In this document: positions 1 to 9,126 of the stretch, piece by piece
Position numbering within the stretch: the first letter of the stretch is position 1
Layout of the letters: every line of letters starts with the position of its first letter
NCBI GenBank assembly: GCA_963808015.1
Contig: CAWEEG010000045.1
Location: 248 to 64,247 of the forward strand
Direction: 5' to 3'
DNA: 64,000 nucleotides
Source of the DNA: an uncultured Actinomycetota bacterium
Lineage (GTDB): Bacteria > Actinomycetota > Acidimicrobiia > Spongiisociales > UBA5794
Program-made: the position numbers and the translations under genes
Notes under the pieces: generated by a model
Databases searched by the model: none
Told to the model about the DNA's origin: nothing
What the model saw: only the letters and a program-made list of their open reading frames with translations

Positions 1-107
1 GGCAGGCAGCACCATCCACGTGCCTCGCACATCAGATCGTAGACACCGAAGCGGGTCCGACTCGGTTTGGTCACGACAGCGCGTTCCCCAGCGCAGTTCA
101 GGTCAGG

Positions 108-461
108 TCAGGACCCGAAGTGTGCGACGGCGAACTGGGCCGCGGCGAGCATCGCCACAATCACGACGCCAACCGCAGTTAGGCGAGCAACCCGCCGCGA
201 TCGCCGAAGGAGCCACCACACGAGTGCTGAGACGCCGATGCCAATAGCGAGCGGAACGAGTTGCCACCAGTTGCGATAAGTGGTGTCTAGCAGCGGATCG
301 CCAATCGGGTTTCCCAGGTACGACCGGCACCGGGTTCAGCTCGAGCCTTCAACGTCATCACAGCCGTACGGAAGGGTCGCAAGGACGGCCACGATTCCGG
401 CGGCGGCGGGTAGCAGCACACGAGAAGCCGTTCTCGTCCGAACACTGGGTTCAGGAGACAT
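108..461 (-). pseudogene. small membrane/lipoprotein-like ORF with one in-frame TGA
   Basis: ATG at 459-461 gives MSPEPSVRTRTASRVLLPAAAGIVAVLATLPYGC..., then TGA at 336-338. The same frame stays open to TGA 108-110 and encodes two hydrophobic helices (WWQLVPLAIGIGVSALVWWLL, AVGVVIVAMLAAAQFAV). No ATG/GTG/TTG could restart the downstream part. Confidence 0.3.
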
Positions 462-515
462 GTGGTCAACGGTCCGGGTCGCTGTTCACAAGACATTCAA
501 CCACGGGCCCCCATC

Positions 516-565
516 TCCACTCGAATCGACATCGAACACACGTATTCGGTCGATCTGGGCGGATA
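516..565 (+). promoter_or_regulatory. SOS-box-like palindromic element, copy 1 (upstream of GNAT gene)
   Basis: TCCACTCGAATCGACATCGAACACACGTATTCGGTCGATCTGGGCGGATA. The 13-nt core TCGACATCGAACA (526-538) is identical to the recA and lexA operators. Outer inverted repeat is imperfect. Lies about 136 nt upstream of ATG 674. Confidence 0.5.
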
Positions 566-673
566 CGGGTGGGTTCGGCGTCGCTGTTGCCTCTATCGCC
601 CAGATATCCCGGGTGGGACCGCAGGCACTGGTGTCTTCGTGCTGTGTGGTTGATGGTTGGTACCGTGGGTGGA

Positions 674-1207
674 ATGGAGCCTTTCGTCACCCGAGCTACC
701 GTTCGACTGGTTTTGCGGCGCCCGGTTGCCGATGACGCCGATGCGGTGTTGGGCTACTGGTCAGACCCAGAGGTTCATCGGTTCCTTCAGCATCCTGTTT
801 CCGATGATCTGGCTGAGACGCAAGCGTTCCTTCTTCATCTAGCGTCTGAGTGGGAGAAAGGTGAGTGCTTCGGTTGGGGAATCGTCGAAGCTGCGACGGG
901 ACGATTCGTTGGGATGATCGAGGCTCGGATCTCCCCCAACGGCGTCGAGCTGGGTTATGTGCTGCATCGGGACGTGTGGGGCCTCGGTTACATGCCCGAA
1001 GCTGTTGTGGCCGTAGTCGACTGGGCGCTCGACCAGCCCGATGTGCATCGAGTCTGGGCATATGTACACACCGAGAACGTGGCTTCCCAGCGGGTCCTCG
1101 AGAAGGCTGGGATGATGAACGAAGGCATACTCCATCGGTGGGCACCCCGACATGACGACGGCCTACCTCCGGCAGACGCATTCATGTACGCCATCTGGGT
1201 CGAGTAG
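674..1207 (+). CDS. GNAT family N-acetyltransferase (RimJ/RimL-like)
   Basis: ORF 569..1207, with the likely start at ATG 674 (MEPFVTRATVRLVLRRP). Acetyl-CoA-binding region pattern HRDVWGLGYMPEAV ... NVASQRVLEKAGM. Confidence 0.8.
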   Translation: MEPFVTRATVRLVLRRPVADDADAVLGYWSDPEVHRFLQHPVSDDLAETQAFLLHLASEWEKGECFGWGIVEAATGRFVGMIEARISPNGVELGYVLHRDVWGLGYMPEAVVAVVDWALDQPDVHRVWAYVHTENVASQRVLEKAGMMNEGILHRWAPRHDDGLPPADAFMYAIWVE

Positions 1208-1266
1208 CGCACAGCAGACGAGCCCCACGGCCCAGGTCATCCCCGGAGGCTGCGGTGCCCTTTCGA

Positions 1267-1318
1267 TATCCGCTCAAATCGACATCGAACATGTGTCGCG
1301 TGTCGATTTGAGTGGATA
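1267..1318 (+). promoter_or_regulatory. SOS-box-like palindromic element, copy 2 (upstream of lipoprotein gene)
   Basis: TATCCGCTCAAATCGACA-N16-TGTCGATTTGAGTGGATA is an 18-nt inverted repeat with one mismatch. Core TCGACATCGAACA at 1279-1291. Confidence 0.5.
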
Positions 1319-1430
1319 TGAAGTACTCGGGGCACGGACCGCCTCGATACGCCGACGCTGTGAGAAGGGCAGCGGCGTGACGCTCATATGCCCTGATAGC
1401 CTGAATATCAGCCGAGCCGGGAGGAGTACC

Positions 1431-2070
1431 GTGTCAAGGCGGATCGGCGTGTTGGTGGTCGTGTTCTGGCTGTTGGCTGCGGCGATGGGTTGCGCCGGCG
1501 AGTCAGAATCGGATCGCCCTCCCGAGGTTGCGGCCTCAACGCTGCCGAGAACAACGTCGCAGTCGATCACGATCACGCTGACCGAACGGGTCGAGATCGT
1601 TGGGCGCGAGGCTTGCCATTCCTTTGGGGAGAGCGGTTGGGGGCCTCATCCGGACGGGTGCGAGGTTGAAGTCATGGTTCACGAGTACTCGGCTCAGCTT
1701 GGCGATGAGATAGTGACAACGACCTGCCACGACACCGTGAACGTCGATCCCCTGTACGCAATGCAGCTCGTCGATCGCGCGCTCGACAGACGGCGTGTCG
1801 CTCGTCGCAGTGATTCCCCCTCCTCGCGCCTCCGTGGTCCGCTTGATCGACTCGACCGGCGAGGTGGTGGACCAAGTGACGCCCACGGATCGTGTGGTGG
1901 CGCTGGCCGGTCTCGGTGCAGACCTCACCGCCGAGGCCCTCTCCGCAGACGGACTCATCCTGGCAGCCTGCCCACCAGACGGTGTCCTCCAAGACGGCAT
2001 CACCTTCCAATGCACCCTCGCATCCGGTGCCCCCATACCCTCCACAACTACCACCGTCGTCGATAGCTGA
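1431..2070 (+). CDS. hypothetical lipoprotein (one frameshift as sequenced)
   Basis: GTG 1431 is preceded by GGGAGGAG. Signal peptide plus lipobox VVVFWLLAAAMGCAGE. Protein-like sequence switches from the frame of ORF 1152..2066 to that of ORF 1795..2070 near position 1790. Confidence 0.45.
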
Positions 2071-2094
2071 CGGCGCTGCAATACTCGACTCGTG

Positions 2095-3424
2095 TCACGT
2101 CCTGTGACGTGGTGTATGGGTGACACCGCGTCGGCCTCGTTGTTGTCTTTCTAGCTGATTGCTGCTTCGAGTGCGGGGGTCACCTCCTCGGGTTGGTCGG
2201 GTTCGAGTGACCCGGATGCGGGCTTGGGTGAGTGATTCGAGGCTCATGTAGCGCCGGGCGATGGCCCATTCGTCGTGTTGTTCGGCGAGGAGGGCGCCGA
2301 CGAGGCGGATGACTGATGGCCGTGTGGGGAAGATGCCCGACGACGTTGGTGCGGCGCCGGATCTCTTTGTTGAGGCGTTCTTGCGGGTTGTTGGACCAGA
2401 TCTGGCGCCAGTGGGCTTTGGGGAACCCGGTGAAGGCCAGGATCTCGGCGGCCGCGGCGTCGAGGTGCTCGGCGGCGTCGGTGAGGCCGACATCGTGGAG
2501 CTGGTCGACGACGCGGCGATGCTGGGCCCACACCTCGTCGCTGATGGTTGAGCGAAGATGGTGCGCACCATCGTCGCGACCATCGACTGGGACGCCTTCG
2601 GGACCTTGGTGAGCAGGTTCCGCAGGTAGTGGGTCCGGCAGCGTTGCCACGACGCACCCGGCAAGGTGGCGGCGATGGCGTCGACGAGGCCGGGGTGGTC
2701 GTCAGAGATCACCAACTGGACGCCGGAGAGGCCGCGGGCGACCAGGGAGCGGAAGAAGGCGAGCCAGCCGGCCCCGTCTTCGGCGGTGGCCAGATCGACG
2801 CCGAGGATCTCGCGGTGGCCTTCGGCGTTGACCCCGACGGCGAACAGGCAGGCGACGTTGACGATGCGGCCACCCTCGCGGACCTTCATGGTCAGAGCGT
2901 CGGCCCACACATACGTATACGGGCCCGCGTCGAGGGGCCGGTCCCGGAAGTCGGTCAACCATCTCATCGAGGCCCGCGGCCATCTCCGAGACCTGGGACT
3001 TCGACAATGACGTGATCCCGAACGTCTCCACGAGCCCCTCGACCCGGCGGGTCGAGACACCCCGAACATAGGCTTCCGCGACGACCTGGATGAACGCCCG
3101 CTCCGACCGGCTCCTCGCATCCAGCAGCCAGTCCGGGAAGTACGACCCGGCCCGCAGCTTCGGGATCCTCAGGTCGATGCTGCCGGTCCTCGTGTCCCAC
3201 CGGCGCCTCCGATAGCCGTTGCGGCGGTTGACCCGATCCGGGGACGCCTCCCCATAGGGGGCGCCGCACAGCGCGTCGGCCTCGGCGCCCATCAACTCCT
3301 CAGCGAAGCTGCGCACCATCTCGCGCAGCAGGTCGTTGTCGTCGGCCTCGAGCTGCTTGCGCAGCCACACCAACGCGTCCATGCTCTTGTTGATCACCGT
3401 GTTCTCCTCACGGTCGCTACACAC
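2095..3424 (-). pseudogene. IS256 (mutator-type) transposase, at least 3 frameshifts
   Basis: Family-typical blocks are spread over three minus frames: [35 protein letters not shown]; [40 protein letters not shown]; [34 protein letters not shown]; [26 protein letters not shown]; [23 protein letters not shown]. Confidence 0.85.
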
Positions 3425-3457
3425 GTACCTGTGAGGCTGACGCGGTGATCACCTAAA
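2114..3457. mobile_element. IS256-family insertion sequence, degenerate copy
   Basis: Imperfect terminal inverted repeats GGGTGACACCGCGTCGGCCTC (2118-2138) and GAGGCTGACGCGGTGATCACC (3433-3453) bracket the transposase remnants. No target-site duplication recognised. Confidence 0.6.
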
Positions 3458-3573
3458 GGGAAGCACCCTCACAACGGACCCCCTCGTGGACCTTGACGGT
3501 TCCTGAGGCCGCATCCCCACTCCGAGACGGTGAGGACCAGCCCTCAACTCCTGTTAATCCGGGAGCATCGCCA

Positions 3574-3625
3574 TATCCACTCAAAATCGACATCGAACAT
3601 ATGTTTGGTCGAGAACGCGAATTCC
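3574..3625 (+). promoter_or_regulatory. lexA operator region (SOS box 3594-3607), element copy 3
   Basis: TATCCACTCAAAATCGACATCGAACATATGTTTGGTCGAGAACGCGAATTC. TCGAAC-ATAT-GTTTGG matches the Gram-positive/mycobacterial LexA box TCGAAC-N4-GTTCGA at 10/12 positions. Lies 55-70 nt upstream of the lexA start. Confidence 0.75.
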
Positions 3626-3660
3626 GCTACTGTTCGGGTCAAGCGACTGAGGGGCATCCC

Positions 3661-4296
3661 GTGGATGGCAGGCAGGATCTCACCGACCGGCAGCGTCAGA
3701 TACTCGACCTGATCGGCGCAACCGTGCGCGAACGGGGCTACCCGCCGTCGGTCCGCGAAATCGGCGATGCCGTTGGACTCTCCTCCCCCTCGACGGTGCA
3801 CAGCCACCTCTCCGCACTCGAACGAGCGGGCTACCTCAGGCGCGACCCAACCAAACCCCGCGCGATCGAAGTGATCGATGACGGTGTCCCAGAGTCCTCG
3901 CTTCACAGGGCGCCGGTACGCGATGTGCCCCTCGTCGGCCAGATCGCCGCCGGATCGCCGATCCTCGCTGAGGAAGACATCCAAGAGATCTATCCCCTGC
4001 CGACGGAGCTCGTCGGCAATGATCCGGTCTTCATGCTCGATGTACGCGGTGATTCCATGATCGACGCCGGGATCTTCGACGGTGACTACGTCGTGGTGCG
4101 CCGCCAGTCGACCGCGAACAACGGCCAGCTGGTCGCGGCGCTCGTATCCGACGAAGAAGCCACCGTGAAGCGTTTCCGCCGCAAGGATGGTCGCGTGATT
4201 CTCGAGGCCGAGAACCCGGCCTATGCACCGATGGTCTTCACCGAGGGTGTCGAGATACTTGGCATCGTGGTCGCAGTGCTGCGGCGCGTCGAGTAG
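3661..4296 (+). CDS. lexA: LexA repressor
   Basis: Winged-helix N-terminus (LTDRQRQILDLIGATVRERGYPPSVREIGDAVGLSSPSTVHSHL). Ala-Gly cleavage site (VGQIAAGSPI). S24 peptidase Ser/Lys (GDSMIDAGI ... ATVKRF). Start assigned to GTG 3661 because the upstream part of ORF 3493 runs through its own operator. Confidence 0.92.
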   Translation: MDGRQDLTDRQRQILDLIGATVRERGYPPSVREIGDAVGLSSPSTVHSHLSALERAGYLRRDPTKPRAIEVIDDGVPESSLHRAPVRDVPLVGQIAAGSPILAEEDIQEIYPLPTELVGNDPVFMLDVRGDSMIDAGIFDGDYVVVRRQSTANNGQLVAALVSDEEATVKRFRRKDGRVILEAENPAYAPMVFTEGVEILGIVVAVLRRVE

Positions 4297-4297
4297 G

Positions 4298-5056
4298 TCA
4301 GTCCACCGAGCCGCGGAACACGATCGTCGCCGGGCCGGTCATCCACGCTCCGGTTTCGTCGAATTCGATCAGCAACTCGCCGCCCGGCAGGACAACGGTG
4401 ACGGCATCATCGAGTTCAGCAACTGTTCGAGCTGCGAACGCTGCGGCGGTCGCTCCCGTCCCAGACGCCTTGGTCTCGCCGACCCCGCGCTCCCAGACGC
4501 GAACCGAGATTCGATTGCCTTCTTCGAACTGCACGAATTCAACGTTGGAACCTTCCGGGAAGATCGGGTCGCTCTCAATTGTGGAACCAATGGCAGCGAC
4601 CTCTGCCATCGACACATCGTCGACGAAGAGCACCGCATGCGGGTTGCCGACGCCAATGGGGCGGACCCGATGGCCGGCGACCGTGAGTTCTTCGGTCCTG
4701 AAGGCATGAGGCTCGCCCACGAACGCACGCACGATGCCCCCTGGAAGCACAGTCGCAGGATGTGCTCCCACCGCGGAGTGCACCGTGAGTGTGGGACCTG
4801 AGACGAGGCCGAGTTCCACAGCGATCAGAGCGACACACCGCAGTCCGTTACCGCACATCTCCGCCGCTCCCCCGTCGGCGTTCCAGTACCGCATCGCCAC
4901 GGAGGACTCATCCACCGGCGTGACTTCGAGCACACCGTCGGCCCCGATGCCGATCTTGGGCTCACACCACTCTGCGATGCGATCTGGCGTCGCGCGCAGT
5001 GGTTCGGGCACGACGATGAAGTCGTTGCCGAGGCCTTCTGCCTTCACGAAGTTCAT
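4298..5056 (-). CDS. dapF: diaminopimelate epimerase
   Basis: Intact 252-aa ORF with GLGNDFIVV, the catalytic Cys context EMCGNGLRC, and the second half-domain GETKASGTGATAAA. Confidence 0.92.
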   Translation of the reverse strand: MNFVKAEGLGNDFIVVPEPLRATPDRIAEWCEPKIGIGADGVLEVTPVDESSVAMRYWNADGGAAEMCGNGLRCVALIAVELGLVSGPTLTVHSAVGAHPATVLPGGIVRAFVGEPHAFRTEELTVAGHRVRPIGVGNPHAVLFVDDVSMAEVAAIGSTIESDPIFPEGSNVEFVQFEEGNRISVRVWERGVGETKASGTGATAAAFAARTVAELDDAVTVVLPGGELLIEFDETGAWMTGPATIVFRGSVD

Positions 5057-5970
5057 GTCACATCCTTTGCCAGAGCCTCGAGCGCCGCGCCGAGCATCTC
5101 GGTTGCTGTCATGGTGCCACGGAATCCAGCGAATGCGCGGATCCCGCCGGAAGTACGTTCGCTGTCGCTTGGCGAGCGAGGCCGTTGCCCGGATGGCCTC
5201 AATGCGAGCCGCTGCGAGGTCGCCCGCTGCCGTCGGCTACCGGCAGGAGTTCCCGGTATCCGACAGCCTGCCTGGCCGTACGGCCAAGCCGCGGGGCGAG
5301 GCCGGCGACCTCCTCAACCAATCCCGCAGACAGCATCGCGTCGAATCTCCGCTCGATCCGCCCACCGATGATCGATCCAGGGTCGATCCCGACGGCCGAG
5401 AACGGGCGAATCGGTCGATACGACCGTATGGCCTCGGCTTCGTCGGAGGCGGCACGCCTGCTCGGCGTCGCACCGGTGAGGCGCAGAATCTCAACGGCGC
5501 GCAACACTCGACGCGGGTTCGCCAGGTCAACGACGTCAGCCGCCTCCGGGTCGGCCGCCAGGAGTTCGTCCCTCAGTTCGCTGTCAGAGGCAGACTCGAG
5601 TTCGGCTCTGAGCTCCAGATCGGTTGGCGGGAAGTCAAGTGGATCAACGAGCGGAGCGAAAGTGCAGGCCGGAGCCGCCGGCGATCACGACATCCCTGTC
5701 CTGAGTGCATCGGCCTCGTCGAGGATTGCGGTTCCTGCCGCCTGGAAGTCCGCGACGGTGTACTCCTCGGACGGGTCCGCAACGTCGATCATCCGATACC
5801 GGAATCGGCGCCTGCGTGGCCTGATCAGGTTTCGCCGTTCCAATATCCATACCGACGAACACCTGCATCGAGTCGACCGAGAGGATCTCGGCTCCCAATC
5901 GCTCTGCGATCAACTCGGCCAACTCCGACTTGCCTGCAGCCGTGGGCCCGAGAACGGCGACGATGCTCAG
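5053..5970 (-). CDS. miaA: tRNA dimethylallyltransferase (frame-disrupted as sequenced)
   Basis: P-loop [45 protein letters not shown]; [17 protein letters not shown]; [13 protein letters not shown]; [14 protein letters not shown] ... [14 protein letters not shown]. The pieces lie in all three minus frames (at least 4 shifts). TGA 5053-5055 overlaps the dapF ATG. Start not resolved. Confidence 0.8.
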
Positions 5971-7355
5971 AGCAGGGTCCCTTCGAGGTAGTGCGGTGCA
6001 GCACGGGTGATACGCACGTCCATGAACCTCCCCGGCTCGAACTCACCGGGAACGTGGACGATCCGATTTCCCTCAGATCTCGTCGTCGCCACGCTCGCAT
6101 CCTTTCGGGACGGGCCCTCGGTGAGGACGGACTCGACCATGCCGACGCGGGTTCCGTTCTGCTCGTAGGTGATGGTGTTCTGCATCTCGACGAGCCGGTC
6201 GAACCGCTCCTGGACAACAGCGGCCGAGAACCTGGTCGGACATCTCGGCAGCCGGAGTCCCCGGCCTGGGCGAGTACTGGAACATGAACGCGCTGTCGAA
6301 TCGGGCGGCCTCGACGACGGCGAGCGTGCGATTGAAGTCCTCATCTGTCTCGCCGGGGAATCCCACGATGATGTCGGTGGAGACGCTGAGATCGGGAACG
6401 AGGCGCCGGGCCATCTCGAGCTTCTCGAGGAATCGCTCACCGGTGTAGCCGCGATGCATGGCGGCAAGCACGGCGTCGCTGCCCGACTGGAGCGGGAGAT
6501 GGAGTTGCGCCGCCACGGTTGGGGTCTCGGCCATCGCGTAGGCAACGTCCTCCCGGAAGTCCTTCGGATGCGGACTGGTGTACCGAATGCGCCCGATGCC
6601 TTCGACCTCACCCGCACGCCGCAGCAGATCGGCGAAGAGCGGTTGACGGCCATTGAGGTCGAGGTCTCGGCCGTACGAGTTGACGTTCTGTCCGAGCAAC
6701 GTGATCTCGACAACCCCGTCCGCCGCCAAGCCGCTGAATCTCTCGAATGACGTCGCCGGGGCGGCGGCTGATCTCGGCGCCCCGAACGATCGGGACGATG
6801 CAGAACGTGCAACTGTTGTTGCATCCGGTTGTGATGGTGACCCACGCCGAGTGGTCAGACTCCCGCCGTGACGGCATGAGCGACGATCCCGCCTCCGGAT
6901 CACTCGTCTCTTCCCAGATCTCGGTCACCGGGCCCCACTCATCGACCTGGTCGAGCAGGTCGAGCACGCGGTGGGTGTTGTGGGTCCCGAAGACCACGTC
7001 GACCCACGAGGCCCGCTCCCGGACGATCTCCTTGTCCTTCTGGGCCGTACAACCTCCAACAACGATGCGCAGGTTGGCGTTTCGTTCCTTCTCGGCCTTG
7101 AGAGAACCGAGATACCCGTAGAGACGCTGGTCGGCGTTCTCTCGAATGGTGCAGGTGTTGACAACCACAACGTCGGCGTCGCTCAGATCGTCGGCACGGA
7201 CCATCCCGTCGGCCTCGAGCAGGCCGGCGATCCTCTCGGAGTCGTGTTCGTTCATCTGGCACCCGAACGTGCGAATGAAGTACGCCTCGCCGCTCCGCCT
7301 CGGGAGTGCGCGGCTCGGCCACGATCGGCATCCCGAGGGTCGTGGTGTCGCTCAT
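5967..7355 (-). CDS. miaB: tRNA-i6A37 methylthiotransferase (frame-disrupted as sequenced)
   Basis: [32 protein letters not shown], radical-SAM [69 protein letters not shown], and a TRAM-like C-terminus ending YLEGTLL. Four frame pieces. Confidence 0.9.
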
Positions 7356-7374
7356 GGTGTGCCGAACCCTGCGA

Positions 7375-8901
7375 TCAGCGGGCGTAGTCGCGCGCCCGGA
7401 ATTCCCGGATGACGGTCACTTCGATCTGCCCTGGATACTGGAGATCCTCTTGGAGCTTCCGAGCGATCCGACGCGCGAGGTCACTCGCCTGGAGATCGTC
7501 GACGCTCTCCGGGTCGACGATGACCCGGATCTCACGTCCAGCCTGCAGGGCAAACACGTTGGCCACACCCGAGAACGCACCGGCAATCTCTTCGAGCTTC
7601 TCGAGGCGCCGCACGTACGACTCGAGCGCCTCGCGTCGGGCCCCGGGCCGTGCCGCCGAGACCGCGTCTGCTGCCTGCACGAGAATCGCGGTGAGCGTCC
7701 TCGGCTCCACCTCGTTGTGGTGGGACTCGATCGCATGCACGATCGCGGGATCCTCGCCGAATCGGCGGGCAATCTCGGCTCCGATCAGGGCATGGGAACC
7801 ACCGACCTCGTGGGACACCGCCTTGCCGATGTCGTGGAGGAACGCCGCGCGTTTGGCTTCCTTCTCGTCGACGCCCAACTCCGCGGCGAGCATGCCGGCA
7901 ATGTGTGCAGCCTCGACGAGGTGATTCAGCACGTTCTGGCCGTAGCTCGTGCGGTATTGGAGTCGGCCGAGCAGCGTGATCAGCTCGGGGTGCATCTTGG
8001 TGAGCCCGACCTCGAGCAGCGCCCACTCGCCGGAGTCTCGAACCGACTGCTCAACTTCTTCCCGGGACTTCTCGTAGGCCTCTTCAATCGACGATGGGTG
8101 AATCCGTCCGCCCTCGACCAGCTTCTCGAGTGCCCGCCGTGCAACTTCACGCCGAACCGGGTCGAACGTCGAGACGGACACCGCCTCCGGGGTGTCGTCG
8201 ACGATGAGATTCACTCCGGCGATCGCTTCGAACGTGCGGATGTTTCGCCCATCACGGCCGATGATTCGGCCCTTCATGTCGTCCGACGGAAGCGGGACAA
8301 CCGAGACGGTTGTCTCCGAAACAACATCTGCTGCGAGCCGCTGGACCACGGTGCCCAGGATGCGGCGTGCCCGCCGTTCGGATTCCTCCCTGGCGCGTAC
8401 CTCGAGATCACGTACGAGGACCATCGCCTCGCGCCGAGCCTCGGTCTCCACCGTCTCGAGCAACTCAGCCTTCGCCGCCTTCGAGTCGAACCCAGCGATC
8501 CGCTCGAGGGCTCCACGCGCTTCTTCCTTGACGACTTCGGCCTCCGCCACGGCACCCTCGGCTGCCTTCTCTCTCGCAATCACGAGTTCTTCGCGTTGCG
8601 CGAGATTCCCGGCACGTTGTTCGAGGGTTGCCTCTCGTTGCGTCAGTCGGGACTCCTGAGAGCCCATTTCCACCCTGCGGTGTTCAAGTGTCGCGTCCTC
8701 ACGATCGCGATATGTCTCGGCCTTCGAGCGGGCTTCCTCTTCCGCTCGAGCAAGGATCCGCTGCGCTTCGAGGCGGGCATCTCCAAGTGTCTCGTCGGGA
8801 GTGGGCTGGCCGCCTCCCCTCCGGGACAGGACATACCCTGCAACAAAGGCAAGGCCGACAACGACGATCACGAGGGCTGCTACGAGCCACTGCATCATCA
8901 T
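7375..8901 (-). CDS. rny: ribonuclease Y
   Basis: N-terminal TM helix, coiled-coil, KH domain (GRIIGRDGRNIRTFE) and HD domain (FLHDIGKAV ... ESHH). Start placed at the ATG triplet 8893-8901 after GGAACGGGGA. Intact. Confidence 0.9.
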   Translation of the reverse strand: MMMQWLVAALVIVVVGLAFVAGYVLSRRGGGQPTPDETLGDARLEAQRILARAEEEARSKAETYRDREDATLEHRRVEMGSQESRLTQREATLEQRAGNLAQREELVIAREKAAEGAVAEAEVVKEEARGALERIAGFDSKAAKAELLETVETEARREAMVLVRDLEVRAREESERRARRILGTVVQRLAADVVSETTVSVVPLPSDDMKGRIIGRDGRNIRTFEAIAGVNLIVDDTPEAVSVSTFDPVRREVARRALEKLVEGGRIHPSSIEEAYEKSREEVEQSVRDSGEWALLEVGLTKMHPELITLLGRLQYRTSYGQNVLNHLVEAAHIAGMLAAELGVDEKEAKRAAFLHDIGKAVSHEVGGSHALIGAEIARRFGEDPAIVHAIESHHNEVEPRTLTAILVQAADAVSAARPGARREALESYVRRLEKLEEIAGAFSGVANVFALQAGREIRVIVDPESVDDLQASDLARRIARKLQEDLQYPGQIEVTVIREFRARDYAR

Positions 8902-8929
8902 TTCCCCGTTCCGTGGCCAAGAACGCAGC

Positions 8930-8953
8930 GTGCCGAGCCCGTGAGCTCGGCAC
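8930..8953 (-). other. perfect 9-bp stem-loop in the recA-rny spacer / rny leader
   Basis: GTGCCGAGC-N6-GCTCGGCAC, about 30 nt upstream of the rny start. Could be an attenuator or processing site. Function not determinable from sequence. Confidence 0.3.
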
Positions 8954-9101
8954 ACACCGGGAGACAGCGTCGCAGGTAGGGGGATCAACCCCTGTCGGGT
9001 TCTCTGCTCGCTGTTCTCCGTGTCAACATCTACGTTCAAGTCCGCTTTGGTATCAGTGTTTGGTGTGTGTCAACGTCGATGGTACCGCACTCTGCGTGCG
9101 C

Positions 9102-9126
9102 GCGGAACGCGAAAATCGCGGTCCGC
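9102..9126 (-). terminator. hairpin abutting the recA stop codon (candidate terminator, no U-tract)
   Basis: GCGGACCGCG-AUUUU-CGCGUUCCGC on the recA strand: 10-bp stem with one mismatch. Confidence 0.3.

Noticed and set aside
336-338. In-frame TGA as a selenocysteine codon.
   Set aside because: I saw no convincing SECIS-like hairpin directly downstream and no selA/selB/selD genes in the window. The residue context (small membrane protein) is atypical for selenoproteins.
4734-6287. Long + strand ORF (517 aa). The same applies to 7306..8979 + (557 aa), 48640..49959 - (439 aa), 8628..9620 + (330 aa), 10133..11993 + and 44019..45080 +.
   Set aside because: These are Arg/Pro/Ser-rich shadow ORFs antisense to clearly identified genes (dapF/miaA/miaB, rny, TIGR03084/BtpA, recA, thpR/cinA). 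Such ORFs are typical of high-GC DNA.
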